Shown here piece after piece: positions 10,730 to 22,011 of a stretch of 64,000 nucleotides of DNA. Source of the stretch: Camelus dromedarius. Taxonomy: Eukaryota. How positions within the stretch are numbered: the stretch's first letter is position 1; each line of letters opens with the position of its first letter. A model generated the notes under the pieces. The model worked only from the letters and a program-made list of their open reading frames with translations, had not been told where the DNA came from and ran no database searches. The stretch is taken from contig NC_087472.1 in NCBI RefSeq assembly GCF_036321535.1, forward strand, positions 97,652,001 to 97,716,000, read 5' to 3'. Position numbers and translations under genes: made by a program.

Positions 10730-12699
10730 ATAACGATGCTGGTGAGGAAAAAGGAAAGATTGCACCAGAGACCGATCAATGGCACAAAAACAGGATGGGA
10801 GAAAATTAGTTTGGGGGAAGCAGAAGTGAAGAACCATTCAATGCATTTTGGTTTACTTCACATAGGGTGTGATGCAACGTGACCACTAAAGTATGTCAGA
10901 TGAGAGATGTGGGCACATTGCGCCTAGAGAAATGTATTCGATTCAGGCTAATAAAGGTGTAAGTGTAGATGTTCCATCTTTAACCCTAAGGTTCTACAAT
11001 TATGATGATTATGGCAGGCATCGTGTTTTTCATATGTTCTAAACAGGAAAACTTAGCAACTTACTATCAACTTTCCATTATCTGTACATAACTAACCTAC
11101 TTTGTGGATGATCCTCTAGAAACTCATTTACCCTTCATTATGTTTTGGGTGCTTTCCTCTACTCTCAGATTGTTTGTGTCCTGAGATCATTAATTAGTTC
11201 AATGTCATCTTAAAAAAACACAGTAAATAATACTTCAAAGTCAAATTATATAATTATTTAATTAGTAGCTACTTGGAGTTTATATATGAGGTGTGGGTAT
11301 AGGGGTGTGTGTGTGTTTAATTTCTGCTAGAAAAAAATATTGGTGTGTAATATGCCCTTCAACAATTCCTGAGCCATTAACCAAGGCCTTAAGATCTTTC
11401 TGTGGTGGGATGAATGAGCAAAGATATATGTTTGATTTATTAAAATTCTTGAATAAATTTAACTCAACTCAGTGAAAAAACATATTCTGTCCTTAAGAAT
11501 GAAAATTTTCAAAGCTGCTGTTGTGACAAGTTAGATCATTTGGAAAATGAGGGATTGAATGGATAAAGAAGCCAAATTTCAGAGACACGCCCAAATTTGA
11601 CAGCTCACCTGTATCAGGCTGTCATTCAAAATGTTAACTGAGAAAAGCAATTAACACTTCACCAGTATGGGCTAACATGTTTATTCATTAGTAAGGTTAA
11701 AAACCCATTTTGTATTTTATGGAAGATTTATGCAAATAATAGAAAGCAATTAAGATGTTTCTTGCCCAGATGTCACTATCAATTATGAGGCAGATTCCTG
11801 TAGACTGAAGATGAGCATGGGGCTTACTTAAAGGGAAGTTAAAAATATAATCAAGGGAACCTATGACAGAAAAGTATACGTATGATAGTTGGAGAATGAA
11901 GAAAAAACGAAACCTAACCTCTGATCTGTCTGAAAGTTCTGAAGAAAACTGTTTACCACTTAGAGATAAAGTAAAGCATGTCAGAATGAGCTGGGGGAGA
12001 GAAGAACCAGAGAAATAGGCAGGCGAGCCAGGAGGCTGACAGCATGGACCTGCAGGTGAATTTGAATGAGACCTGGGTAAAGAGAGACATCGAGAAGCAG
12101 TGGGACGGAACCGCTAAAGTGCAGATAGGAAAGGAGAATGTGTAAAGGAAAGCTTCAGGTACCCATGGCACGAGTGATTTCAAGAACTATTGAATCAAGG
12201 CAGATAAGTCCCTATTTCTACAACCACAGCTTACAGGAAAGCTGGAGACAGTTATCTGACAACCGCCTCAAGTGCCCAAGGAGTATGAGAGGGGCACTTG
12301 GAGCCAGGCTGGGACCAAGTCCTGTCTGCAATTAAAAACAAGACAAAAGCCACTCCTCAAAGTTGGGCTTTTTGTTTCTTTTTAATGTTAAAAAATATGG
12401 GATGAAATCATCCAACTATATCTGCCTCTCTTTTCCAGGAAAGTTATTTATTCATGGGAATGTTTTTCTCATTTTCGCTTCTAACTGATAATGTCCTAGA
12501 CTCTTTTCCTTAATACTTACATTTTTGTATTAGTGTGTCTGAACATTCATCTAGTTTGCCATTGGGAGGACTACAGAATGATTCTGTGAGTTCCTAGATT
12601 TGACATCATTTTGCTTTTTCTGGAAAAGACCAAAGGTGATATTCTAACTCATGAAATGCACGTCATGAGCGCAGATCGGTTATGTTTGGGTCTATACGT

Positions 12700-12846
12700 C
12701 AGAATTACCTGGGAGTACTCTACTGATGCCTTGGTCCCCTCCCTGATACATTTTCATTTTATTACTGTGACGTGGTACTGGGGCTTTGGCACTTTTGGAA
12801 AACTCTGCAAATGATTTTAATGTGTAGCCAGGGTGGAGAACCAATG
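12700..12846. mobile_element. MER5B-like hAT-Charlie MITE
   Basis: 'cagaattacctgggag...tgattttaatgtgtagccagggtggagaaccaatg'. Confidence 0.7.
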
Positions 12847-13357
12847 GTTTAGGTATGGAAGACACAATATCAAATAAGAGCATAATATAGTATTTGCAAA
12901 AAGGAAAAGATTAAAATCTTAGAAATAAACTATTGATACCACACCATGCCGGTACTATTGACAGCAATGGAAAACTTCAAAGAAAACGGTAATAATCACA
13001 AGAAGCGCCAGTGCTCAGAGCGAGCGCTCATTAAGAGAAATAAGGATTTAACTATTTTTCATAGATCTCACTTTAATAATGTTTAAAGATTCATCTTTTC
13101 AATGTGATCAGCTGACTAAGGAAAAGGAAGCTAAGATAATCTCTTATTAACTAGCATATTTCATTAGCAGTGGAGAAAAAAGAGACGAATGGTGGTTTCC
13201 TGTCTAACAACTTATATTTCCTATCAATTTGAGGTGTGATTTTTATTAGGCCAGTTCTGCAGAACATCCTAAATTCTCACAAGCATTATGCTAGTAAATC
13301 ATATAATTTGCCACCAAGTAGATGATGATGCCTGGATTATGGCCTCATCACATAAAG

Positions 13358-13566
13358 CAGGAGCCAAGAAATCATTCTGGTAAAGGGCCAGACAGTAAAT
13401 ATTTGAGGCTTTGTGGACCATATGATCTGTTACAACTACTCAACTCCACCATTGCAGCCACAGACAGTATGTAAACAAATTGAGGTGACTGTTCCAATAA
13501 CGCTTTAATTACAAAAGCAGGTGATGGGCCACATTTGTCCTGTAAGCCGTGGTTTGCCATCCCCTA
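13358..13566. mobile_element. MER58A hAT-Charlie MITE
   Basis: 'gtaaagggccagacagtaaatatttgaggctttgtggacc...caactactcaactc...gttccaataa...gggccacatttg...gtttgccatcccct'. Confidence 0.85.
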
Positions 13567-14198
13567 GTATAAACAGGTCAACTCTTTTATACTGGTGTGC
13601 TAAATTCACACATCAACCTTTTTTTTCTTATCAAAAAATGTAAGTCTATCAAAATATAATATATGAGGCTTAAATACCATGCTAAGATACAGAACATCAT
13701 TAAGGAAGTATGAAACTCTGGGAGCAGTTTTTCTCATTAACTTTTAAGCACTTTTATTGCTGCTTAATTTAGTTTCAATTCTCTTTCCATGTTAAAGTAG
13801 AAGTCACATTTCTCAGTCACCCTAGAATATTTTAAAAGCCAGAAGCCTATTTGCTGTACAGATACAGGCAGCAATGATTTTCAGTTCTTACACTTGGGGC
13901 TTTAGAATTCTTGGCTTGTCCTCTTTTCTGTTTCCTTGTCTTGAACTGCCTACTTACCGTCATCAAAGAGAAGATATTACATTTCCTTAGTGCTCCCGGT
14001 AGCTTTTGGAGCACCTCCTTTGACCCCCATGTATTTTTCCTGCCCTGTGGCAAAACCATCAGGAAAGAAAAAAATGCATTGTGGAACCATGAGTTGGCGT
14101 AAAAATCCTATAACCCTTTTTCCAACTGATTTTTTCCCTGCACCCTCACTTTTATCACCTACCTGAGTAGAGGCCCAGTACCCTAAACTCATCGTCAC

Positions 14199-14332
14199 TG
14201 GAAATGGATTGTGGTAGTGGTTTCATTGGTGTATACATCTATAAAAATTCATCAAATTGTACATTTGAAATATGTGTAGTTTACTATACAGGAACCATAC
14301 CACAATAAAGACATTAAAAAAGAAAAGAAAAG
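14199..14332 (+). mobile_element. L1M 3' terminal fragment with A-rich tail
   Basis: 'gattgtggtagtggtttcattggtgtatacatc...aaaattcatcaaattgtacatttgaaatatgtgtagttt...caataaag...aaaaaagaaaagaaaagg'. Confidence 0.75.
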
Positions 14333-14339
14333 GAAAACT

Positions 14340-14745
14340 CAGATTAGCAGTCGGAGACTAGGAGAGCAATAGGACATCTCTGTGGATGAAGCAGAGTTAA
14401 AGGCTGGTGCCCAAAGTCAGAGGAAATGAGTTGTGCACCAGCAAAAGACAATGACAGAAGATGGCTGTAGACAAAATGCCCACCTCACTTGACTCCTGAA
14501 AGCCATGTAAATATTCCCCCTCCTCCTCCATTTCCAGAACTTACCTGCCATTTCAGGGAGAGAGAGTAGAAGGGGAAAAACTCTAAATTAGCTTAAAAAG
14601 TATTGAAATGACTCAGTTATTCTGAATATCTACTATTGAGTTTTTGCTGCTAGCTGTAATAGAGGTTCAAGATAAAAAATAAGTTTAATTTTAGTAAATT
14701 CTATGAGAATATCACAATTTGCACACTTACCGTCTGTAACTACAA
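14340..14745 (+). mobile_element. Possible ancient LTR remnant (Gypsy-like)
   Basis: Composition resembles old mammalian Gypsy LTRs; family not identified. Confidence 0.25.
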
Positions 14746-15493
14746 AATTTGTTCCTGCTACCTGTGCTTGAGGAGATTGGAGGGACTGCAGTTAGAAGGA
14801 TCAGTATTTAAACTAAAGAAAACTGACTTATAGGTCCGTGTGATAGAGGAGAGCCCAACATGGTAATCCTGGCCTGAACACAACCATTCTCTACTTTTCT
14901 GCATTCATCCTTTCCAGAAGGATTTCTTGGCATATCTTATGTAATGAAGAAGTCTTTGGTACAGTACCACCCAATACATTTAGCAAGAGCTATATAGAGG
15001 GGCAAAGAAAGGAAAAGAAGTATCTTGGAAAGGAACACGCCTAGGGCAGTGATGAATCCTGGTAAGGCGGCTTTGCCTGTTGACAGTGGCGCGGGTAAAA
15101 GGGACTCTTGATCACCCTCAACCCAAATCAGGAGCCACAAGTGTATAGTGAGAATATTTAGGGCACCACATTCCTAAATCAGCCCCATAGCCAGGACCGC
15201 TCCTTGGAAAACCCACTAAAACGAGCTCACCACTTACACATGACCAAACGGATTAGTCCAGCTGATGCCACAGGTCCTCCGAGGCTACTTTGTTTTCTGA
15301 ATATAGGCCACAGAGACTTTCCAGTTTTCAGTTAAAAGAAAAAAACTACTCCGAATTTCCTCCTGCAGGCCTCATTCCGCAGACCAGAAGCCCTGTGTTG
15401 AATGAGGTTCCCTGCTAGGCAGGAAAACCACCCACACGTGGCTCGCTCTTTGGGCCCAGAGTCTTGACTTACTTTTGAACAATAGTTGTTGGG

Positions 15494-15970
15494 TTTTTTT
15501 GGGGTTGGTTTTTTTTTAGGTATACAATGTAATGATTCAGTATTTATATAAATTGTAAAATGATCACCACAATAAGTCAGTTAACATCTGTCGTCATGCA
15601 TAGTTATGATCTTTTTCCTTGTGGTAAGAACTTTCAAGATTTGCTCTCCTAGCTACTTTCAAATTTGAGATACAGTATTATTAACTCTAGTCACCATGTT
15701 GTACATTACAACCCCATGGCTTATTCATTTTATAAGTGGAAATTGGTACCTTTTGACTCACTTTACCCGTTTCTCATTTTGCTCCCATTCCACCCCCACC
15801 TCTGGAAACCACCAATCTGTTTTCTGTATCTGAGTTCAGTTTTATTTTGTTTGTTTGTTTGTTTCTTTAGATTCTACAAGTAGAATCTAAATCATATGGT
15901 ATTTATCTTTTTTTCATCTGCCTTATTTAACTTAGCAAGATTTCATCATTTTTATGGCTAAATAATATTC

Positions 15971-16029
<59 letters not shown>

Positions 16030-18293
16030 CCACATTTTCTTTATCCACTCATCTGCTGATGGACACTTAGGTTGTATCCAGGTCTTGGCTATTGTAAATA
16101 ATGCTTCAGTGAACATGAGGATGCATATATCTTTTCAAATAGTGTTTTCATTTTCTTCAAATAAATAAACACAAGTAGAATTGGTGGATTGTACGGCAGT
16201 TCTATTTTTAACTTTTTGAAAAACCTCCATACTGGTTTCCATAGTGGATGCATCAATTTACATCACCACCAACAGTGCACAAGAATTCCCTTTTATCCAG
16301 ACCCCCACCAAGGCTTGTTATTTCTTGTCTTTTTAATAATAGTCATTTTAACAGGTGTGTGGTGATACTTCAGTGTGGTTTTGATTTTCATTTCCCTGAC
16401 AATTAGTGATGTCGAGCATCTTTTTGTGTACCTGTTGGATTCTGTATGTCTTCTTTGGAAAAATGTCTATTCAGATTCTCTGCCCATTTTCAAATCAGTT
16501 TGTAGGATTTGTTTTTTTTTAAGTTGTATGAGTTCTTTATATATTTTGAATATTAACTGCATATCCAAATATAGGGTTTGCAAATATTTTCTCCCATTCT
16601 GTAGGTTGCTTTTTCATTTTGTTGATGGTTTCCTTTGCTGTGCAGAAACTTTTCAGTTTTATGTCATCCCACCTGTTTATTTTTGCTTTTCCCACCTTTG
16701 CTTTTGGTGTCAGATCAAAAAAAAAAAAAAAATCATGTCCAAGACCAATGAGAAGGAGCTTACTGCCTATATTTACTCCTAGTTTTATGGTATCAGATAA
16801 TACATTCAAGTCTTTAACCCATTTTGAGTTAATTTTTGTGTACAGTGTAAGATAGTGGTCATTTCATTTTTTGTATACAGCTGTCTGGTTGTCCCAGCAC
16901 CATTTATTGAAGAGATTGTCCTTTGCCCATCATGTATTATTGGCTCCTTTGTCATAAGTTAATTGACAATATATGTGTGGGTTTATTTCTGGGCTCTATA
17001 TTCTGTTCCACTGATCTATGTGTCTATTTTTATGCCAGTACCATACTGTTTTGGTTACTATATTTTTGTGATATAGTTTGAAGTTAGGGGGCATGATGCT
17101 TCCACCTTTGTTTTTCTTTCTTAAGATTTCTTTGGCTACCCAAGGTCTTTTGTGATTCTGTATAAATTTACAGATTGTTCTGTTTCTGAGAAAAGTGCCA
17201 TTGAAATTTTGATCAGGATTGCAATAAACCCATAGATTACTGTGACTATTATGGACATTTTAACAATACTAATTCTTTGAATCCATGAGCACAAAATCTC
17301 TTTCTATTTATTTGTGTCTTTGATGTTTTTCATTAATGCCATACAGTTTTCAGTGTTCAGTGCCTTGGTTAAATTTATTCTTAGACATTTTATTTTTGTT
17401 GCAGTTGTAAATGGGATTATTGTCTTAATTTGTCTTTCTGATAGTTCATTATTAGTGTATAGAAACCAACAGATATCTGCATATTGATTTTGTATCCTGA
17501 AACTTTACTGTATTTATTTATTAGTTCTAACAGGGTTTTTTTGGTGGCATCTTTAGTTTTCTATACGCAATATCATGTCATCTTCCAGTAGTGACAGTTT
17601 CACGTCTCCTTTCCAATTTGGTTGCCTTTTTTTTTCCTTTGCCTAATTGCTCTGGCTAGGACTTGCATTATTATGTTAAATAAAAGTGGTGATATGCTTT
17701 GGTTGGGACTTCCAGTACTATGTTGGATAAAGGTGATAAGAGAAGAGTGGCATCCTTGCCTTGTTCCTGATCTTAGAGAAAATGCTTTCAGCTTTTCACT
17801 GTTGAATATGATGTTAGCTGTTGGCTTGTCATATATGGTCTTCATTCAGTCAAGTTACATTCCCTCTCTACCCACTTTGTTGGGAGTTTTTATCATAAAT
17901 CGATGTTGAATTTTGTAACATGCTTTTTCTGCATCTGTTGAGATGATCGTATGATTTTTATCCTTTGTCTTGTTACTGTGGTTTACCACATTAATTGATT
18001 GGCAGACGTTGAACTATCACTGCATCCCTGGAATAACTCCCACTTGATCTTGGTGTATGATTCTTTTGCTGTAATGTTGAATTTGGTTTGCTAATATTTT
18101 GTTGAGGATTTTTGCATCTGTGTTCATTAGAAATATTGGCCTGTACTTTTCTTGTAGCATCCTTGTCTGATTTTGGTATCAGGGTAATGCTGGCCTTATA
18201 AAAATGAGTTCAAAAGTATTCCCTCCTCATCTATTTTTTTGTAACAGTTTGAGAAGGACTGGTATTAATTCTTCCTTGAATGTTTGATAGAAT
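15494..18293 (-). mobile_element. 5'-truncated L1 (L1MA9/artiodactyl-type): 3' half of ORF2 plus 3'UTR, decayed
   Basis: Minus-strand ORFs 17600-17845 ([31 protein letters not shown] domain) and 16537-16809 ([36 protein letters not shown]) are L1 ORF2p; poly-T at the left end; multiple stops and frameshifts. Confidence 0.95.
15974..16026. repeat. (TG)26 microsatellite inside L1
   Basis: Perfect TG run. Confidence 0.98.
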
Positions 18294-18711
18294 GATTGGG
18301 ATTTTTTGTCACTCCTGTACTATTATCTACTTAATATATTTTAACGGATAGTTTTTAATATATAGCCTCATCCTAAGAAATAACATCTATTGTCACAGGT
18401 TTGACACGCTGGTTATATTTTTCTACTATCCCTTAAAATAAATACCCAACAATCGAAAATGTTTGTCTGTGCCCTACCTGGAATCATCACACATTGGGAA
18501 ACAGAAAAGTATGGCACAAGTTGTGAATTAGGGTATTCTCAAATGGAAAACTGATACCTGCCTTTATTCCGTACCATTTTTTGGTTCACTTCATCTTTCC
18601 CTATTTTCCAGTTCACAAAGATATAAACCTAATAAGGGGAAGCTGTGTAGAATATCTGTACATATGGGACCATGCTAATCCCTCATTTATGATAAATTTC
18701 TAATTGTTGAC

Positions 18712-19131
18712 TGTGGTGGTTAATTTCATGTGTCAACTTGGCTGAGCCACAGTGCTCAGATATGAGGTCAAACATTATTTTGGATGTTTCTGTGCAGGTA
18801 GTTTTGATGACATTAACATTTAAAACATTGGTCTTTGAGTAAAGCAAATTGCTCTCCTTAGTGTGGGTGGGCCTCATCCAATCAGGTGAAGGCATGAATA
18901 GAAGAAAAGACTGAGCTCCCCCAAGCAATAGAAAATTTTGCAGCAGACAGAGCCTTCTGACTTAAAATGAAACAGTGGCTGTTCCTGCATATCCAGCCTG
19001 TTAGCCTCTGCCATCAGATTGTGAACTTGCCAAACTTCCACAATTACATGAGCTAATTCCTTTAAAAAAAAAAAATCACACACATGCATATCCTATTGGT
19101 TCTGTTTCTCTGGAGAACCCTAACTAATGCA
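18712..19131 (+). mobile_element. MLT2 (ERVL) solo LTR, complete
   Basis: 'tgtggtggttaatttcatgtgtcaacttggctgagcc...gtgggtgggcctcatccaatcag...tcctattggttctgtttctctggagaaccctaactaatgca'; TG...CA ends; gttgac on both flanks. Confidence 0.92.
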
Positions 19132-19562
19132 GTTGACTTGTGCTTTGGATGAAATCAAAAAGCACATAAGATAAAATGCAGCCCCTGTCCTCTTTCCCTC
19201 ACAATGACAGGCCTAATTATTATGGTGAGAAGAGACTAAATTGAGAAACATAGTAAAATGCTGCAACTGAAGGCATTTTCCTATGGGTTATATGAGTTTG
19301 ATCTGGAAATGGATCCCTTTGAATCAGAAAAATTCAGGATGAGGCAGGTTGCATGACATAAGTAAAACTTGCTAGGATTCTCTAAACCATGCTTGTCTTT
19401 AAATATTCGACATTACTTTAGGACTACAAAATGCATGGCTGCTGCAAAAGGAGCACCAGGTCATGAAATAGTAAAAGGAAAACTCTGGAAGGCATTGAAT
19501 TCTACAAAGTTCTGGTTTTTATTCTCTGATTAGGAAAAATGCAGATCTGTCTCTGTCTCTCT

Positions 19563-19566
<4 letters not shown>

Positions 19567-19598
<32 letters not shown>
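19567..19598. repeat. (CA)16 microsatellite
   Basis: Perfect CA run. Confidence 0.97.
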
Positions 19599-19600
<2 letters not shown>

Positions 19601-20044
19601 GACAGAGAAGAGACGAGTGCACAAGAATGCCAGAGTTCCGCTCGGATCCACAGATGTTAGGAGAGTGGCTATGATACCAGACAGATGTCTCAGTTACCTC
19701 ATTCAACCCAGGCCCCAGAGTAGATGGGCTTGTGCAGTCTCTAATGGGATGAGCAGAAACACCTCTCTTGAAGGGCACAGTGAGTCCCAGCTTTAAACAC
19801 CGTGGCATAGCTGTGGACTCCCCACAGAAAAAGGCAGCCAACAAATCTACCCTGCAAAGAGTAATTAGGGTTTCTGAGACAGAGAGCTCAAAGCTGCCTC
19901 TTAGTCAGAGAGAGCTAAGCACAAACAGCACCAAATACGATAACTCCCTTGCACAAAAGCAAAGCAAAAGCATTCTTTTCATGTGGCGGGGTGGGGCTTC
20001 CAGGCCTGCACTGGCCTTTCACCATCCTGATCAGAAACACGAGT

Positions 20045-20212
20045 TGCTGATGTAAAGGTCAGCCGCGTGCCGAGCTTGTTTCTACCCTGGTGAGGAGAGT
20101 TTTCCCCGACTGAAGGCATCTAATTGGTTGCTGATGAGTCACAGATGCTGAAGTACACAGGGAGATGCATCTGATTGGCTGTCAGCATTCTCAGCCTCCA
20201 GGTCTGTGATAA
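20045..20212. promoter_or_regulatory. Candidate enhancer/promoter: NBRE, AP-1, two CCAAT boxes, TALE site, Maf half-sites, E-boxes, GATA
   Basis: AAAGGTCA 20054-20061, TGAGTCA 20135-20141, ATTGG at 20123 and 20174, CTGTCA/GTCAGCA ~20179-20187, TGATAA ~20207, in sequence I cannot assign to a repeat. Confidence 0.45.
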
Positions 20213-20769
20213 ATGGTACAGAAGGAGCAAAAGCTCTCATTTGGATCAATTCATATGAAGAGAAGGGGTGAGGGGAGGTGCCTTCTCCCACATACCTAAC
20301 CTAATAGCTATTCCTGCTGTTTCGTTTCCTCCTTGCTTGTTAGAGGATGCCTTTTAAAAAGTAGTTCAGTAGGTAGGAAACTTTTGAATGCTACGTTAAC
20401 TGTCAACAGTTTTTATTGTTTTTTTCCCTTCTGCTTACATCAGTGAGGTGAGGGTTACAAGCAGCAGGACAAATCCAGAAACAGTCGTGACGAAAAGCTC
20501 AAGGAGTACTCTTGCCAACAGAAAGGCTGGGGGATAGGAGATAGAGCCTGGGGGACTCAATTCTAATCTTAGCCTGGTTTTGACTCTTGTCTCAGAAACC
20601 TGCAGGAGTCATCTACAAGATAGATATCCTTTCTCTTTCTCTCTAATCTCAGTGCTATTTATTTCGACAGGTACTTGAAAATTGGGCTCTCAGACCACAC
20701 AGTGGAGTCTCTCATACATATACTGCATCCCAAATGTTTAATTGCTAGATTTAAAAAAAGATAATTAGC

Positions 20770-20930
20770 ATGTGTATAGGGTTTTACGTGCAACATTTAT
20801 TTTGTATTTATGATGACAGTGCCAGTACATGCTATTATCCCTGTTTATAAGATGAAGAGACTGAAAATCAGAATGTTAAGTAACGTGCATAAAGTTTTTG
20901 AGAAAATGGGGGAGCCACGGGGGACCCCAG
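20770..20930 (-). mobile_element. MIR fragment
   Basis: 'ctattatccctgtttataagatgaagagactgaaaatcagaatgttaagtaac'. Confidence 0.55.
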
Positions 20931-21029
20931 AACCTGTCAACTGATGCTGGCAACACAAGGAAGTGATAACCCCCATGGTCAGAGATTTCAGCACTTTGAA
21001 TCCTCACTTACGGATCATTGAATCTGGAC

Positions 21030-21220
21030 TTGCTTATCAAACACTTACTGAGCTTTCTGCATGTCGGGCCTTTTAGAGCTGTGAAGGTAATTCACATGGG
21101 GATTTTGGCCTCAAGATGCTTACAGTCCAGTGAGGAAATGGGCCAATATCATGTGGTAGGATAAAGACCAGGGTGTGCCCATTGTAGCATAGAAGCCCAG
21201 AGGGGGAACAGCTCATCAAC
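21030..21220 (-). mobile_element. L2 3' fragment
   Basis: 'caaacacttactgagc...tggcctcaagatgcttacagtccagtgagg'. Confidence 0.5.
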
Positions 21221-21477
21221 TGTGGAGTTCAAGGTTTTCCAACCATTTAACCTTTGTGGTTCCCAGCTTCACCGTCTTCATTTGACATGTTTTGCCCAGG
21301 CAGAGATCCTTAACATAGTGTCCATGGATAGTGATCAGAGATACTTTGAATCATCTGAAAATGTCTATAAATTTGGTATTTATATGTCCATTTTTAGACA
21401 AGAAAGGATGAGGTTCTTTTTTTAAAAAAAATTTTCAATTCTTTTTTTGAGCATTTTTTTTTTTTTACAATTTCACA

Positions 21478-21620
21478 TTTTTATTTTTATTTACTTTTTA
21501 TTCTTTTGGGGGGGAGATAATTAGATATTTATTTATGTATTTTAATGGAAGTACTGAGGAGTAAACCCAGGACCTTGTGCATGCAAGGCACACACTCACT
21601 GAGCTATATACCCTCCACCC
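21478..21620 (-). mobile_element. Vic-1-type tRNA-Ala-derived SINE (diverged copy)
   Basis: Reverse complement: ggagggtatatagctcagtgagtgtgtgccttgcatgcacaaggtcctgggtttactcctcagtacttccattaaaa...ctaattatctcccccccaaaa. Confidence 0.88.
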
Positions 21621-21962
21621 TACAGAAAGGACCAGCTTCTGAAAGTGTTCTTTGACCCACAAAAAGCTAAAATCTCTGATGAAGCCTCTTTAATCTCTAA
21701 GAGTTCTTCCACCTCTGACAATCTAGCTATTTCAGTAAGTATCAAGAGAGAGAAATGAAACAATAAAATATTAATAACACTTTCTAGAAAATATAACTTA
21801 TACAAAAGTGGTACGTAGTTGCAGTGACAATTGTTAACTGTCTAGATGTCCTTTCAGAAGCCTTCAAATCAAAGACCTCATGGCTCCTGAGAGATCATAA
21901 AATCCAAAGAATTTCTAATACAGACAGGCTGTGCCATTGAGAAGTTTTGCTCCAGAATTACC

Positions 21963-22011
21963 AAAAAAAGAAAAGAAAAGAAAAAGAAGGAAGGAAAAAG
22001 AAAGAAAGAAA
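21963..22011. repeat. A/G-rich simple repeat (AAAAG/GGAA/GAAA)
   Basis: aaaaaaagaaaagaaaagaaaaagaaggaaggaaaaagaaagaaagaaa. Confidence 0.85.

Noticed and set aside
11990..12145. Protein-looking frame ...QASQEADSMDLQVNLNETWVKRDIEKQWDGTAKVQIGKENV*
   Set aside because: No good splice acceptor, bounded by stops, no recognisable homologue; purine-rich composition explains the appearance
12268..12383. Two small inverted repeats (caagtgccc/gggcacttg; aaaagcc...ggcttttt plus a T run) resembling a terminator
   Set aside because: Short stems are expected by chance, and intrinsic terminators are not relevant in mammalian nuclear DNA
16375..17909. ORFs of 78-135 aa, some with RT-like motifs
   Set aside because: All lie in a decayed L1 (sense remnants or antisense reads); not a host gene
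19539..19844. ORFs containing HTHT/CVCV repeats (also 15977, 56107, 56335)
   Set aside because: Translations of (CA)n/(TG)n microsatellites
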